NCBI GenBank assembly: GCA_021799485.1
Contig: JAJZAK010000001.1
Coordinates: 34,458 to 98,457 of the forward strand
Source: a bacterium
GTDB taxonomy: Bacteria; Elusimicrobiota; Elusimicrobia; UBA1565; UBA9628
Direction: 5' to 3'
Length of the DNA stretch: 64,000 nucleotides
Shown: positions 1 through 8,946 of the stretch, piece after piece
Position numbering within the stretch: position 1 is the stretch's first letter
Layout: each line of letters opens with the position of its first letter
Program-made: the position numbers and the translations under genes
The notes under the pieces: model-generated
Database searches by the model: none
The model's input: only the letters and a program-made list of their open reading frames with translations
What the model was told of the DNA's origin: nothing

Positions 1-1036
1 TGGCGCGCTCGACGAGATTCTCCTCCATCATGATCAAAATCGCGGCGTGGGCGGCCGCCGCCGCTAGGGGATTGCCTCCATAGCTCGAAGAGGAGCCGGA
101 AGGAGCCGCGAAGGGCTCCGAGGAGGCGACGTCGTCTCCCGCCACGATTCCCGAGACCGGAAAGCCTCCCCCCATCCCCTTGCCGATCGTCATCACGTCG
201 GGCACGACGCCCTCATGCTCGACGGCAAACCATCGCCCCGTGCGCCCGAAGCCCGTGATCATCTCATCAGCGATCAGCAGAGCCCCCAGCTCGTCGGCGA
301 TCTCCCGAAGGCCCCGGAGGAATCCCGGAGGAGGGATGATGTTCCCAGCGGTCCCCTGGATGGGCTCGACGATAAGGGCCGCGACGGCCCCGGAGGTCGA
401 GCGACGGATAAGCTCTCGCAGGAACTCGAGGGAATGGGCCGCGCAGTCGTGCGTTGCCTTCGCGCCGAAGGGACAGCGCCTGGGGTCCGGGAAAGGAGAA
501 AGATAGAGGCCGGGAGACAAGGGGCCGTACCCGTGCTTGAACTTGTCGCCCGACACCCCCAGCACTCCTCCCGTTTTCCCGTGAAAGCCTCCCCAGAAGC
601 CGACGATCTCGTACTTTTTCGTCCGGCTCTTGGCGAGCCGGACGGCGGCCTCGACCGCCTCGGCTCCCGAGGAATAGAGCTGGGTCCTCGTGAGGCCCTC
701 GGGCGCCACGCGGCTCAGCTTTTTGAGGAAGTCGAGGCGGTGGCGGGAGGTGAAGCTGCCCGCGGAAACCTTCGCGACCTGCTCCGCGACCATGCGCGCG
801 TATCGAGGGTGGCCGTGGCCGACGGAGGCCACGCCGACGCCAGCCATAAAATCCAGGTACTTGCGGCCGTCGACGTCGTAGAGCCAGGCCCCCTCCCCGC
901 GGTCCATCGCGAGGCGCGAAAAAAGCGCGATCGACTGGAGCCCGGGCGCGATATAACGCTGCTCTTCCTCAAAAAGGGCTCCCGAGCGGATTCCGGGAGG
1001 CGCCACGGCCTCGCCGTCCTTCGTCGACGCACTCAT
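1..1036 (-). CDS. PLP-dependent class III aminotransferase (acetylornithine/GSA-aminotransferase-like); N-terminus at 1036, C-terminus runs off window start
   Basis: Manual translation of minus strand from ATG (cat 1034-1036). Starts MSASTKDGEAVAPPGIRSGALFEEEQRYIAPG and contains the class III hallmarks DVDGRKYLDF, GHGHP, IVEPIQG and the lysine motif TIGKGMGGGFP. Not in ORF track because it is truncated by the window edge. Confidence 0.8.
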   Translation of the reverse strand, partial: MSASTKDGEAVAPPGIRSGALFEEEQRYIAPGLQSIALFSRLAMDRGEGAWLYDVDGRKYLDFMAGVGVASVGHGHPRYARMVAEQVAKVSAGSFTSRHRLDFLKKLSRVAPEGLTRTQLYSSGAEAVEAAVRLAKSRTKKYEIVGFWGGFHGKTGGVLGVSGDKFKHGYGPLSPGLYLSPFPDPRRCPFGAKATHDCAAHSLEFLRELIRRSTSGAVAALIVEPIQGTAGNIIPPPGFLRGLREIADELGALLIADEMITGFGRTGRWFAVEHEGVVPDVMTIGKGMGGGFPVSGIVAGDDVASSEPFAAPSGSSSSYGGNPLAAAAAHAAILIMMEENLVERA

Positions 1037-1881
1037 GATTTTCTCCTCCTCGCGTCGGGTTGGGACACTTGAGAAACGACGTGTCGGGCGATCTCTCGCG
1101 CGGCCACGCGCCGCACCCTCGCGAAGCTCGGCCATGAATTGATGTCGATGATCCGAAGCGAGCCGCCCTCTTCCACCACGACGTCGCCCCCGAAGATTTC
1201 CAAGCCCAGGGAGCCCGCAGCCGCCGCCGCCATCCCCGCGAGCTCCGGGACGGAGAAGGGATGATGTCGCGCGGAACGCGAGTCGTGGTAAAACCACTCG
1301 AACCAGCGCCCAGGCCCGACGCCGTAGAATTTGACGAGGTCGCCCTCCACATGCTCCTGAAGGATAATCTCCCGTATCTCCCGCGCGGCGAAAGCGTCGC
1401 GCGCGAACTCCGCCTCCTCCAACGTGCGCACGAAAACGACGTCGCGCCCCCCCACGGCGTTGTGGACATCGCCGCGCTTGACCCAAAAGCCGTCCGGAGC
1501 GGGAAAACACGGAGGCGCCAGCGGCGAGCGCCCGGTCGGCCGGACCTCGCCGGCGGGACCGCGCACGCCGGCGGCCGCGGCCAAGCTCGCGAGCATTCGC
1601 GATCGGTAGGTTCCAAGGACGGTGTCGGGACGGTTGATCACCACGGCGCCGGGAGTTTCGTTCTTGAGCCTGACGAGCCTCGGATAGGCTTCGCACATGG
1701 GCAGAATGAGGTCCCATCCATCGAGGCTCATACCATCCGCCTCTTGAGCGGAGGCAAGCGCCATGGGAAGGCCCAGCCGCGCCAACTCTTCGGCGACAGC
1801 TCCCAAGATCCGGGCGTCGTCGGCTTCCCTATTGGGGGAATTTTCGATCTCGCGAAAAATCCCCAAGGACTTCAGGCCCAC
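1033..1881 (-). CDS. ATP-grasp family ligase (RimK / D-Ala-D-Ala-ligase-like fold)
   Basis: ORF track 282 aa. C-terminal GGDVVVEEGGSLRIIDINSWPSF resembles the ATP-grasp Mg/ATP-binding segment. Stop overlaps downstream aminotransferase start (ATGA). Confidence 0.55.
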   Translation of the reverse strand: MGLKSLGIFREIENSPNREADDARILGAVAEELARLGLPMALASAQEADGMSLDGWDLILPMCEAYPRLVRLKNETPGAVVINRPDTVLGTYRSRMLASLAAAAGVRGPAGEVRPTGRSPLAPPCFPAPDGFWVKRGDVHNAVGGRDVVFVRTLEEAEFARDAFAAREIREIILQEHVEGDLVKFYGVGPGRWFEWFYHDSRSARHHPFSVPELAGMAAAAAGSLGLEIFGGDVVVEEGGSLRIIDINSWPSFARVRRVAAREIARHVVSQVSQPDARRRKS

Positions 1882-2606
1882 GCGCCCCCCTTCAGAAGCG
1901 CATTGGCCCGGGCCAGATCCTCGGGTTCGTCAACATCGAGCGAAGATCGAATAGGAACTCCCAGAAGAGGCGTGCCTGCCTTGGAAAGCGCGTGCCAAAA
2001 TTCCCGCAATGCCCCGAAGGCGAACGGCGGCGGCATGGCGGAAACCAATTCCCTGCGCAGATAATAAAGGCCGGCGGTCGCGAGCCGCGGCTCGGGGGAA
2101 GGAGGCTCTTCGCCGAAGCTCGCGATGCGGCGGCTTTCGCCGAGTCTCGCCCAAAAAGGGCGGGCGTCGTGCCCCGGCGCCGAGAGAGCCAGGGCTCCCG
2201 AGCAAGGCGAGGCCGCTGCTTCAACGGCGAAGCGCTCGGCCTCGCGGGGATCCAAGAGGGTGTCGACCGTGCTCATAACGAACTCCCGGGCCTCTCCGGC
2301 CAGCACCTTCGCGACAAGGCGAAAGCTCTCCCATGAGGAATCCGTGTCTGCCTCGAGAAAAATCCACCGGATGTCGGGAAACCGCGCCCTGAGCCCGTCG
2401 CGCGCCACGCGGCTTCTGGAATTGAGCAGAATGAAAATCGTCCGCGCCCCAGCCGCCCGCAAAGAACTCGCCGCCCAATGGCATAGAGGCCTGCCCGCCA
2501 CCATGACGAGAGGCTTTGGAGTCCCCTCCTCTCCGCGCAAGCGGCGGCCCTTCCCGCCGGCAATGATGCCGGCGAAGGAAATCGGCGGCCGCGCCGCATC
2601 CGTCAT
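1872..2606 (-). CDS. nucleotidyltransferase family protein (sugar-phosphate or LicC/MobA-like NTP transferase)
   Basis: Internal start MTDAARPPISFAGIIAGGKGRRLRGEEGTPKPLVMVAGRPL carries the G-x-G-x-R-L...KPL NTP-transferase signature. The upstream extension of the 350 aa ORF overlaps the HAD gene and is discarded. ATG (cat 2604-2606) overlaps HAD stop (tca 2603-2605). Confidence 0.6.
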   Translation of the reverse strand: MTDAARPPISFAGIIAGGKGRRLRGEEGTPKPLVMVAGRPLCHWAASSLRAAGARTIFILLNSRSRVARDGLRARFPDIRWIFLEADTDSSWESFRLVAKVLAGEAREFVMSTVDTLLDPREAERFAVEAAASPCSGALALSAPGHDARPFWARLGESRRIASFGEEPPSPEPRLATAGLYYLRRELVSAMPPPFAFGALREFWHALSKAGTPLLGVPIRSSLDVDEPEDLARANALLKGGAWA

Positions 2607-3265
2607 AGAAGAGCCTCCAAATCGATAACGCTGCGGGCGCGCAATCCCCGGCCGCAGCAAGCCGCGCGGCCGGAGCCAAGCAGCACATGCCTCAAACCCA
2701 GCGCCTCCGCCCCCTTCATGTCGCGCTCGACGGAATCGCCGATCATGGTGGCCGAGCCCGGCTCGCCGCCCAGCGTCGAGAGAGCCTCGATGAAAATAGC
2801 CGACTCGGGCTTCTTCACCCCGAGCGCTCCTGAGTCGGCGACTGTCTTGAAAAATCCAAGCATGCCCTCGGAGGCGAGAGCCGATCGGAGATTCCCGTAA
2901 AAATTGGACACGACGCCCAAGCACCTCCGGGAGGCGAGTCTTGAAAGCGCGGGTTTGAGCGCCTCGAAATGCCTCCGGCTCTGCCGCAGGAAGCCGCCCG
3001 CGACTTGGTCACGGATAGCCCGAATTCCCTGGCGGCCAAGATTCCCCCCTAAGCGCTCCAGCACTCCGCCCACCTGCAGGCGGACAGTTTCCTCCATGGA
3101 CGCGTCACGCAAGGAAAGAGAATCGTCCGAGGCGTAGAAGGCCTTGCGGAAATCGTCGCGGGAAACCTGGATGCCCGCATCCAGATAAAGGGGATAAAAT
3201 CGTTCCTGCCAAGTGATGCCGTCCGCATCCAGGGTGCCGCCGAAATCAAAAAGCAACACATCCAT
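2603..3265 (-). CDS. HAD-superfamily hydrolase (phosphatase-like)
   Basis: ORF 220 aa begins MDVLLFDFGGTLDAD (HAD motif I DxDGT-like) and has GDSVERDMKGAEALGLRHVLL (motif IV). First gene of a four-gene minus-strand operon. Confidence 0.65.
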   Translation of the reverse strand: MDVLLFDFGGTLDADGITWQERFYPLYLDAGIQVSRDDFRKAFYASDDSLSLRDASMEETVRLQVGGVLERLGGNLGRQGIRAIRDQVAGGFLRQSRRHFEALKPALSRLASRRCLGVVSNFYGNLRSALASEGMLGFFKTVADSGALGVKKPESAIFIEALSTLGGEPGSATMIGDSVERDMKGAEALGLRHVLLGSGRAACCGRGLRARSVIDLEALL

Positions 3266-3365
3266 TGGGAGATCTCTTCATGGTCATTATATCACGAGCC
3301 AATCTCTCGAAAATCTATATGCTATCTTTTACGACATTGTCTCTCTTGACACGGACACCTTGACC

Positions 3366-4946
3366 ATGGATCGTCCCCGGGCTCAAGCCTCTTACGAATG
3401 GTTCGCCTCTGGCGACCTCAACGGCTTCTTCGGGCTTATGTTCGACAATCTGACGGTCTTGTCCTTTCTCGCCGGCATCTTGATATTCGCCTTTCATTTC
3501 CCCGCCGAAATCGTTTACCGGAAGATGTTTCCCGGCACCGCGCTTGGAGTCATGGCCGGAGACCTAGCCTACACCGTCATGGCGTTCCGCCTTGCGTGGA
3601 AAACGGGAAAACGCAACATCACGGCCATGCCTTTGGGCCTCGACACTCCGTCCACCCTGGGCATCGCGCTCACAGTTCTGGGTCCGGCCTTTCTCGCCAT
3701 GAAGGCACGCGGCCTGCCGGAAGGCCAGGCGGCCCTCATGACCTGGTATATCGGAATGTCCACGATGGTCACGATCGGCCTCATTAAATTCGTCTTTTCT
3801 TTCTTTGGCGCTTGGATCCAGAAACTCGTCCCGGAAGCGGGGCTCCTTGGCTCCCTGGCGGGAATCGGCCTGGCGCTCATCGGGCTCATTCCCCTGGTTG
3901 ACATTTTCAGCATGCCGCTGATAGGCATTCTCGCCTTGGGAATCGTCCTTTACAATCTCGTCGCCAAGCTTTCCCTGCCGCGCAATTTCCCCGGCGTGCT
4001 CGCGGCCGTCCTCGCCGGCACCACGCTCTATTATCTCTCCGGCGCGACATACGCGCCTCCCGCGGATCCGATGGGACTTTCCGTTCCCCTGCCAAGCCTC
4101 CATTTCCTCCAGGGCTTCAAGGAGTCGCTCACCTACCTCCCGATCGCCCTTCCCTTCGCGATCCTCACGATCGTAGGCGGCATCAATGTGACCGAGAGCG
4201 CGCGGGTCGCGGGAGACGACTTCAAGACCCGCCACATTCTTTTGACGGACGCCTTTGCGACGCTCTTGGCCGGGCTTTCGGGCGGCGTCGCCCAGTCGAC
4301 TCCCTACATCGGCCAGCCGGCCTACAAGCACATGGGCTGCCGGGCGGGATACACGCTCCTCACGGGCCTCGCCGTCGGCTTGGGCGGCATGCTGGGCGCC
4401 GTGGGCTTCATCGTCAATCTCATACCGCGGGCGGTGCTGGCGCCGATCCTGCTCTTTGTCGCCATTGAGATCATGTGCCAGGCCTTTGATGCCTCCCCGA
4501 AGCGTCACGCTCCAGCCGTGGCCTTGGCCTATTTCCCGGCGGCCGCTCGCCTCCTTCAAATCAAGCTGTCCAACCCCGCTTTCGTTTCGCCGCAGAACTT
4601 CCAGGCTCTGATCTCCGAGCCGGGCAAGAGTCTCCCCGAGCTCTTAGTCACGATCGCGCTGGGAAACGGCTTCATCCTCACCGCCATGCTTTGGGGCGCG
4701 GCGCTCGCCATGCTTATCGACCGGAGGCTGCGCGCCGCCGGAACGTATCTAGCGGTGCTCGCGGGCCTGAGCTTCTTTGGCTTCATCCATTCGGCCAAGC
4801 CCGACGGGAGCCTCTATCTCCCCTGGACCCTGGCTCTTCCCGCCCGGCAAATTCCCTATCAATTCGGCGCCGCCTACGCGATCATGGCCGCGACTCTGCT
4901 TGCCGTCGCCTCGCGGCGCCCGCCAAGCGCGGAAGTCCCGTCATGA
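3366..4946 (+). CDS. NCS2/AzgA-like nucleobase (purine) permease, putative
   Basis: About 526 aa polytopic membrane protein with Gly-rich TM segments (GIALTVLGPAFLAMKARGL, YIGQPAYKHMGCRAGYTLLTGLAVGLGGMLGAVG) resembling xanthine/uracil/vitamin-C permease family. Start at ATG 3366 chosen to clear the divergent HAD gene; start uncertain. Confidence 0.5.
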   Translation: MDRPRAQASYEWFASGDLNGFFGLMFDNLTVLSFLAGILIFAFHFPAEIVYRKMFPGTALGVMAGDLAYTVMAFRLAWKTGKRNITAMPLGLDTPSTLGIALTVLGPAFLAMKARGLPEGQAALMTWYIGMSTMVTIGLIKFVFSFFGAWIQKLVPEAGLLGSLAGIGLALIGLIPLVDIFSMPLIGILALGIVLYNLVAKLSLPRNFPGVLAAVLAGTTLYYLSGATYAPPADPMGLSVPLPSLHFLQGFKESLTYLPIALPFAILTIVGGINVTESARVAGDDFKTRHILLTDAFATLLAGLSGGVAQSTPYIGQPAYKHMGCRAGYTLLTGLAVGLGGMLGAVGFIVNLIPRAVLAPILLFVAIEIMCQAFDASPKRHAPAVALAYFPAAARLLQIKLSNPAFVSPQNFQALISEPGKSLPELLVTIALGNGFILTAMLWGAALAMLIDRRLRAAGTYLAVLAGLSFFGFIHSAKPDGSLYLPWTLALPARQIPYQFGAAYAIMAATLLAVASRRPPSAEVPS

Positions 4947-6208
4947 ACAGATACCAGCTGACGAGCTTGGCGGGGACCTTTGTTCTGGCGGGGGTGGCCT
5001 GGGCCTTCTCGAAAAAACGGTCGAGGGTCAAGCCGCAGACGATCCTCTGGTCTCTTCTCCTGCAGTTCGCCTTCGCCTTCCTCATCATGAAAACCTCCGC
5101 CGGGGAGCGCTCCTTCTCGGCGGTCAACAAGGCCTGCGCGCACCTGCTCGCCTTCGAGGAGGAGGGGGCGCGATTCGTCTTCGGGACGCTCGCTCTCTCC
5201 CCGGGCGAATCCGGCTCCACGGGCTTTTACTTCGCCTTCCAGGTTCTCCCCACCATCATCTTCCTATCGAGCCTCATGTCGCTCCTCTATTATCTGGGCG
5301 TCATGCAGAAGATCGTCCAGGGCTTCGCCTGGATCATGGCGCGAACCTGCAGGACCTCGGGGGCCGAGTCCCTGTCCATTTCGGCCAATATCTTCATGGG
5401 CCAGACCGAGGCGCCGCTCCTCATCCGTCCCTACATCGAATCCTTGACCGAATCCGAGCTTTTCTGCGTCATGGTGGGCGGCATGGCCCACATCGCGGCC
5501 GGCATCATGATCGCCTACGTCGGGATGCTCTCCTCTTATTTCCCGGACATCGCGGGCCATCTCCTCGCCGCCCAGGTGATGGCGACGCCGGCGACCATCC
5601 TCATCGCCAAGCTCCTCATCCCCGAGGCCGGGGCCCCCAAGACGATGGGAAGCGTGAGGATCGGATATCATGAGGAAAGCACGAACGCCATCGAAGCCGC
5701 CGCGGCCGGTGGCTCCCTGGGCATGACCTTGGCCCTCAACGTCGCGGCCATGCTGGTGGCCTTCATGTCGATCATCGCGCTGATTAACTGGGGACTCCAT
5801 CATCTCCTCGGTCTTTTCGGACACGGCGAGATCGGCCTCGAAACGCTGCTCGGCTGGATTTTCGCGCCGGTCGCCTGGGTCCTGGGCGTACCGTGGTCCG
5901 ACTGTCTCCAAGTCGGACAATGGATGGGCGAGAAGACGGCCTTTAATGAGTTCATCGCGTATTCTGAAATGGCCCGCTACGCGGCGACCCACGGCGCCCA
6001 AGCCATCTCCCACCGGGCCTACGTGATCGCCGCCCACGCCCTTTGCGGCTTTTCCAACTTCCTTTCGATCGGCATCCAAATCGGCGGCATCGGCCCGATG
6101 GCGCCCACCCGGCGCAAGGACCTGGCGAGGCTCGGGCTCCTGGCTCTTCTCGGGGGATCGCTCGCTTGCTTCATGACGGCAAGCATCACCGGAATTCTCA
6201 TCCCCTAG
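4943..6208 (+). CDS. nupC: concentrative nucleoside transporter, NupC/CNT family
   Basis: Start MNRYQLTSLAGTFVLAG at ATG 4943 (ATGA overlap with permease stop). NupC-like segments LLQFAFAFLIMKTSAGERSF and SISANIFMGQTEAPLLIRPYI. Confidence 0.75.
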   Translation: MNRYQLTSLAGTFVLAGVAWAFSKKRSRVKPQTILWSLLLQFAFAFLIMKTSAGERSFSAVNKACAHLLAFEEEGARFVFGTLALSPGESGSTGFYFAFQVLPTIIFLSSLMSLLYYLGVMQKIVQGFAWIMARTCRTSGAESLSISANIFMGQTEAPLLIRPYIESLTESELFCVMVGGMAHIAAGIMIAYVGMLSSYFPDIAGHLLAAQVMATPATILIAKLLIPEAGAPKTMGSVRIGYHEESTNAIEAAAAGGSLGMTLALNVAAMLVAFMSIIALINWGLHHLLGLFGHGEIGLETLLGWIFAPVAWVLGVPWSDCLQVGQWMGEKTAFNEFIAYSEMARYAATHGAQAISHRAYVIAAHALCGFSNFLSIGIQIGGIGPMAPTRRKDLARLGLLALLGGSLACFMTASITGILIP

Positions 6209-6210
6209 CG

Positions 6211-6852
6211 ATGCACGCCTTCATCGTCTTCGCCCATTCGTTGGTTCATCAGGTCTACAACGTGCGCCCGCTCATCGAGTGGGGAGGCATCGTCCTCATC
6301 GCGGGATTTCTCTTCGCGGAAACGGGGCTCTTCGCTGGATTTTTCCTGCCGGGGGATTCCCTGCTCGTGACGGCGGGCATCCTCGCCAAAGCAGGCGCTT
6401 TCCCGATCCTCAATCTCCTCCTTTGGGGCGCGGCCGCCGCCATCGTCGGCAATCAGCTGGGCTACGCCATCGGCTTCCGCGCCGGCCGGCCGCTCTTTCA
6501 CAAAGAAGATTCCCTTTTTTTCAAGAAAGCCCATTTGCTGCGGGCGCAAGAATTCTACGCCCGGCATGGCGCCAAAACCGTGGTCATCGCCCGCTTCATG
6601 CCGATCGTGCGAACCTTCGTCCCCCTCGTGGCGGGAATAGCGGCCATGGATTTCCCCCGTTACGTCCTCTATAACGTGATCGGCGGCGTTCTTTGGGTCT
6701 TCGGCCTCTGCCTTTCCGGCTTTGCCCTGGCCGCCGCGATCCCCGATATCGAGCGGCGCCTCCACTGGGTGATCCTGGCCGTCATTATCCTCTCCTTTGT
6801 TCCCGGACTCATCGAGTGGCGCCGCAGCCGGCGCGCCGAATCCGTGAGTTGA
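6211..6852 (+). CDS. DedA/SNARE-associated family membrane protein
   Basis: MHAFIVFAHSLVHQVYNV...GFLFAETGLFAGFFLPGDSLLVTAG...VIARFMPIVRTFVPLVAGIAAM is the DedA signature. Confidence 0.75.
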   Translation: MHAFIVFAHSLVHQVYNVRPLIEWGGIVLIAGFLFAETGLFAGFFLPGDSLLVTAGILAKAGAFPILNLLLWGAAAAIVGNQLGYAIGFRAGRPLFHKEDSLFFKKAHLLRAQEFYARHGAKTVVIARFMPIVRTFVPLVAGIAAMDFPRYVLYNVIGGVLWVFGLCLSGFALAAAIPDIERRLHWVILAVIILSFVPGLIEWRRSRRAESVS

Positions 6853-6889
6853 CATCGAGGGGCCATTCCGGTAACATCTTAAAAATTCC

Positions 6890-7885
6890 ATGCCGAACGC
6901 GGGACTCTGGACGGACACGGTTTTTTATGTCGCGGCCGCGGCTTTTTTGGTCGCCCTGGCCGCGGCGGCCTACATCTGGGGACAGCGACGGGCCTCCATC
7001 GAGGCCCAGCAGGCTTCCCCGCCCGAACGCCCTCACGACAAGAATAAAAACCCGGCTATCCCCGGGACTGTCGCCGGCAACGCCTCCGATCCGCCAAAGA
7101 CAGCGGCTATGATCAAAACGCCGGCTGAAGCGCCGCAGGCCCGTCCCGTGCCCTTGGCGAAAACGCCCGCCGCCCCGGCCCCGGGGCAAAAGAGCTCGGC
7201 AAGAGCCGCGGTCCCGGATCACTCAGCGGAACCTCCGGCGCATCTACCCTCCTTCTCTTGGGGAGGCCTTCTCGAAAAGATGGAGCGATTTGAATCCGAG
7301 ATTGCCTCCATCAAATCCTTGGTCTCCGAAAAATCCGTTTCCGGGCAAGATGTCGCCAAGATTCTGGAGAAGCTCCAAAGCCAACTCCAGCCCTCCCAGC
7401 CGTCCGAGGAAATCCAGGCCATCGCGAGCCGTCTTGAGCGATTTGAGGGAGAGTTTTCGTCCTTGCGAGGCCTTTTTGAGGCCGCCGCCAAGGATAACGC
7501 GGCTCTTCGCGAAATGGTCTCAAAGCTCAAGGAAGAAACCGTCGCCCAGACCGCCCCCCAAGCCGTCCAGCCGACGCCGGACGCGGGACGCGCCGTGGCC
7601 TTCATCCAGAGCCTGCTTGAAAAGATGGAGCATTTTGAGACGGAAATCTCGTCGGTCAAGTCGCTGCTTTCCTCGACGCCCGGCCCCCGGAACGCCCAGC
7701 ATCGAGGCGGCTCCGCCCCGGACGCTCCGTCCTCGCGCTCCGCGGAATCATCCCCGAAGCTCGTTGAAACCTCGGAGACTCCCCGCGAAACTTCCAAGCC
7801 TCCTCGCGGCTCCGCGGCCTCGAGCGCGGAGGGCCTTGATTCCGGCGGCCCAGCGACGCAACGCAAACCGGTCTGGCCCGTTTAA
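6890..7885 (+). CDS. hypothetical membrane-anchored Pro/Ala-rich coiled-coil protein with internal repeat
   Basis: N-terminal TM (VFYVAAAAFLVALAAAAYIW) and Pro/Ala-rich linker. Two about 20-aa near-identical repeats: LLEKMERFESEIASIKSL and LLEKMEHFETEISSVKSL. Confidence 0.45.
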   Translation: MPNAGLWTDTVFYVAAAAFLVALAAAAYIWGQRRASIEAQQASPPERPHDKNKNPAIPGTVAGNASDPPKTAAMIKTPAEAPQARPVPLAKTPAAPAPGQKSSARAAVPDHSAEPPAHLPSFSWGGLLEKMERFESEIASIKSLVSEKSVSGQDVAKILEKLQSQLQPSQPSEEIQAIASRLERFEGEFSSLRGLFEAAAKDNAALREMVSKLKEETVAQTAPQAVQPTPDAGRAVAFIQSLLEKMEHFETEISSVKSLLSSTPGPRNAQHRGGSAPDAPSSRSAESSPKLVETSETPRETSKPPRGSAASSAEGLDSGGPATQRKPVWPV

Positions 7886-7962
7886 CACATCGGCGACAGA
7901 AGACGACAGAAGGCAAAGGAAAGCAACGGAAGGCGAGCTTCTCGCCCATTTTTCGTTTCCTT

Positions 7963-8946
7963 TTGGAACCTTCGGTGATCTTCCGTGGCCTTTCCTTGCC
8001 TTCCACGGCTTTCATTGGATTTCTATGGCTTTCCCTTGCTCCCGCTGAATCGCGCGCCCAGGCCTTCTCAAACGCGGCGGTGGGGACGACGGCCGCCCAA
8101 TTCCTGAATTTGATTCCGACGGCGAGAGAAACCGCGCTGGGGGGCACGTCGGCGGCGCTCACGTCGGGATCGAACGCCATCTTCTGGAATCCCGCGGGCT
8201 TGGCCCGCATCGAGCCCCAGTCTCCCTCGGAGGCGGGCCTCAGTTACGCTCCTCTTCTGGAGACCACCTATGCCGGAGCCGCTTCCTACGCCGCTCCGTT
8301 TCCCGGCGGCGGCGTTCTTGGCGCCGGCGCCCTCTATTTCTCCCAGGCCGCCCAAACCGCCTACTCGGATGTCGGAAACGCCATCGGCTCGTTTACGCCC
8401 TACGACCTCGACCTCGCCGTCGCCTACGCCAGGCGTTTTGGCGACTATCTGGTAGGCGGCGACGCGAAGTTCATCCGCTCGGTGATCGCGGACGCGCACG
8501 GCCAGACGGCAGCCGTCGACGCGGGCTTCCAGGCGCCGAAGGCCGCCATGCTGGGCGACGGACCCGTTGATTTCGGCGCCGACATCACCAACCTCGGCGG
8601 CCCGCTCACCGTGGGCACGGTCGGCTCCCCGCTTCCCCTCAAGCTCGCGGGAGGAGCGTGCTGGCATGCGACGCCCGAGACGGGTTTCGCGATGGACCTC
8701 AATATGCCCGAGGGCGACTCTCCCTACGTCACGCTGGGATTCGAGGGGACGCTCAAGACGGGGAATCTCTCATCGTCCTTGCGCCTGGGCTTCAACCAGG
8801 AAAACCTCCAAAGCCAGGCGGGCGCCCTCTCCGGCTTTTCCCTGGGCGCCGGCCTCGACTTCCGGCGCATGACGATCGACTACGCCTGGGTCCCCCTGGG
8901 CATGCTGGGCGCCTTGAATCAGATATCGATTCTGTATCGCTTTTAA
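7963..8946 (+). CDS. outer-membrane beta-barrel protein, PorV/UPF0164-like (putative)
   Basis: N-terminal signal-like segment, motif GGTSAALTSGSNAIFWNPAGLA resembling the G-x-G-x-A...WNPAGL motif of PorV/LptO-type barrels, Gly/Ala-rich alternating pattern, C-terminal ...ILYRF (terminal Phe typical of OMP barrels). Confidence 0.45.
   Translation: MEPSVIFRGLSLPSTAFIGFLWLSLAPAESRAQAFSNAAVGTTAAQFLNLIPTARETALGGTSAALTSGSNAIFWNPAGLARIEPQSPSEAGLSYAPLLETTYAGAASYAAPFPGGGVLGAGALYFSQAAQTAYSDVGNAIGSFTPYDLDLAVAYARRFGDYLVGGDAKFIRSVIADAHGQTAAVDAGFQAPKAAMLGDGPVDFGADITNLGGPLTVGTVGSPLPLKLAGGACWHATPETGFAMDLNMPEGDSPYVTLGFEGTLKTGNLSSSLRLGFNQENLQSQAGALSGFSLGAGLDFRRMTIDYAWVPLGMLGALNQISILYRF

Noticed and set aside
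215-1072. 285-aa plus-strand ORF and several other 60-215 aa ORFs in 180-1616
   Set aside because: They lie antisense to, or out of frame with, the clearly recognisable class III aminotransferase and ATP-grasp genes. High-GC DNA generates long spurious ORFs, and these have no domain features.
3266-3365. Possible purine riboswitch upstream of the NCS2-like permease
   Set aside because: The region is AT-rich but lacks the conserved purine-riboswitch core (no U-rich J1/2...CUACC-type junctions or P2/P3 pairing that I could find). More likely it is divergent promoter DNA.
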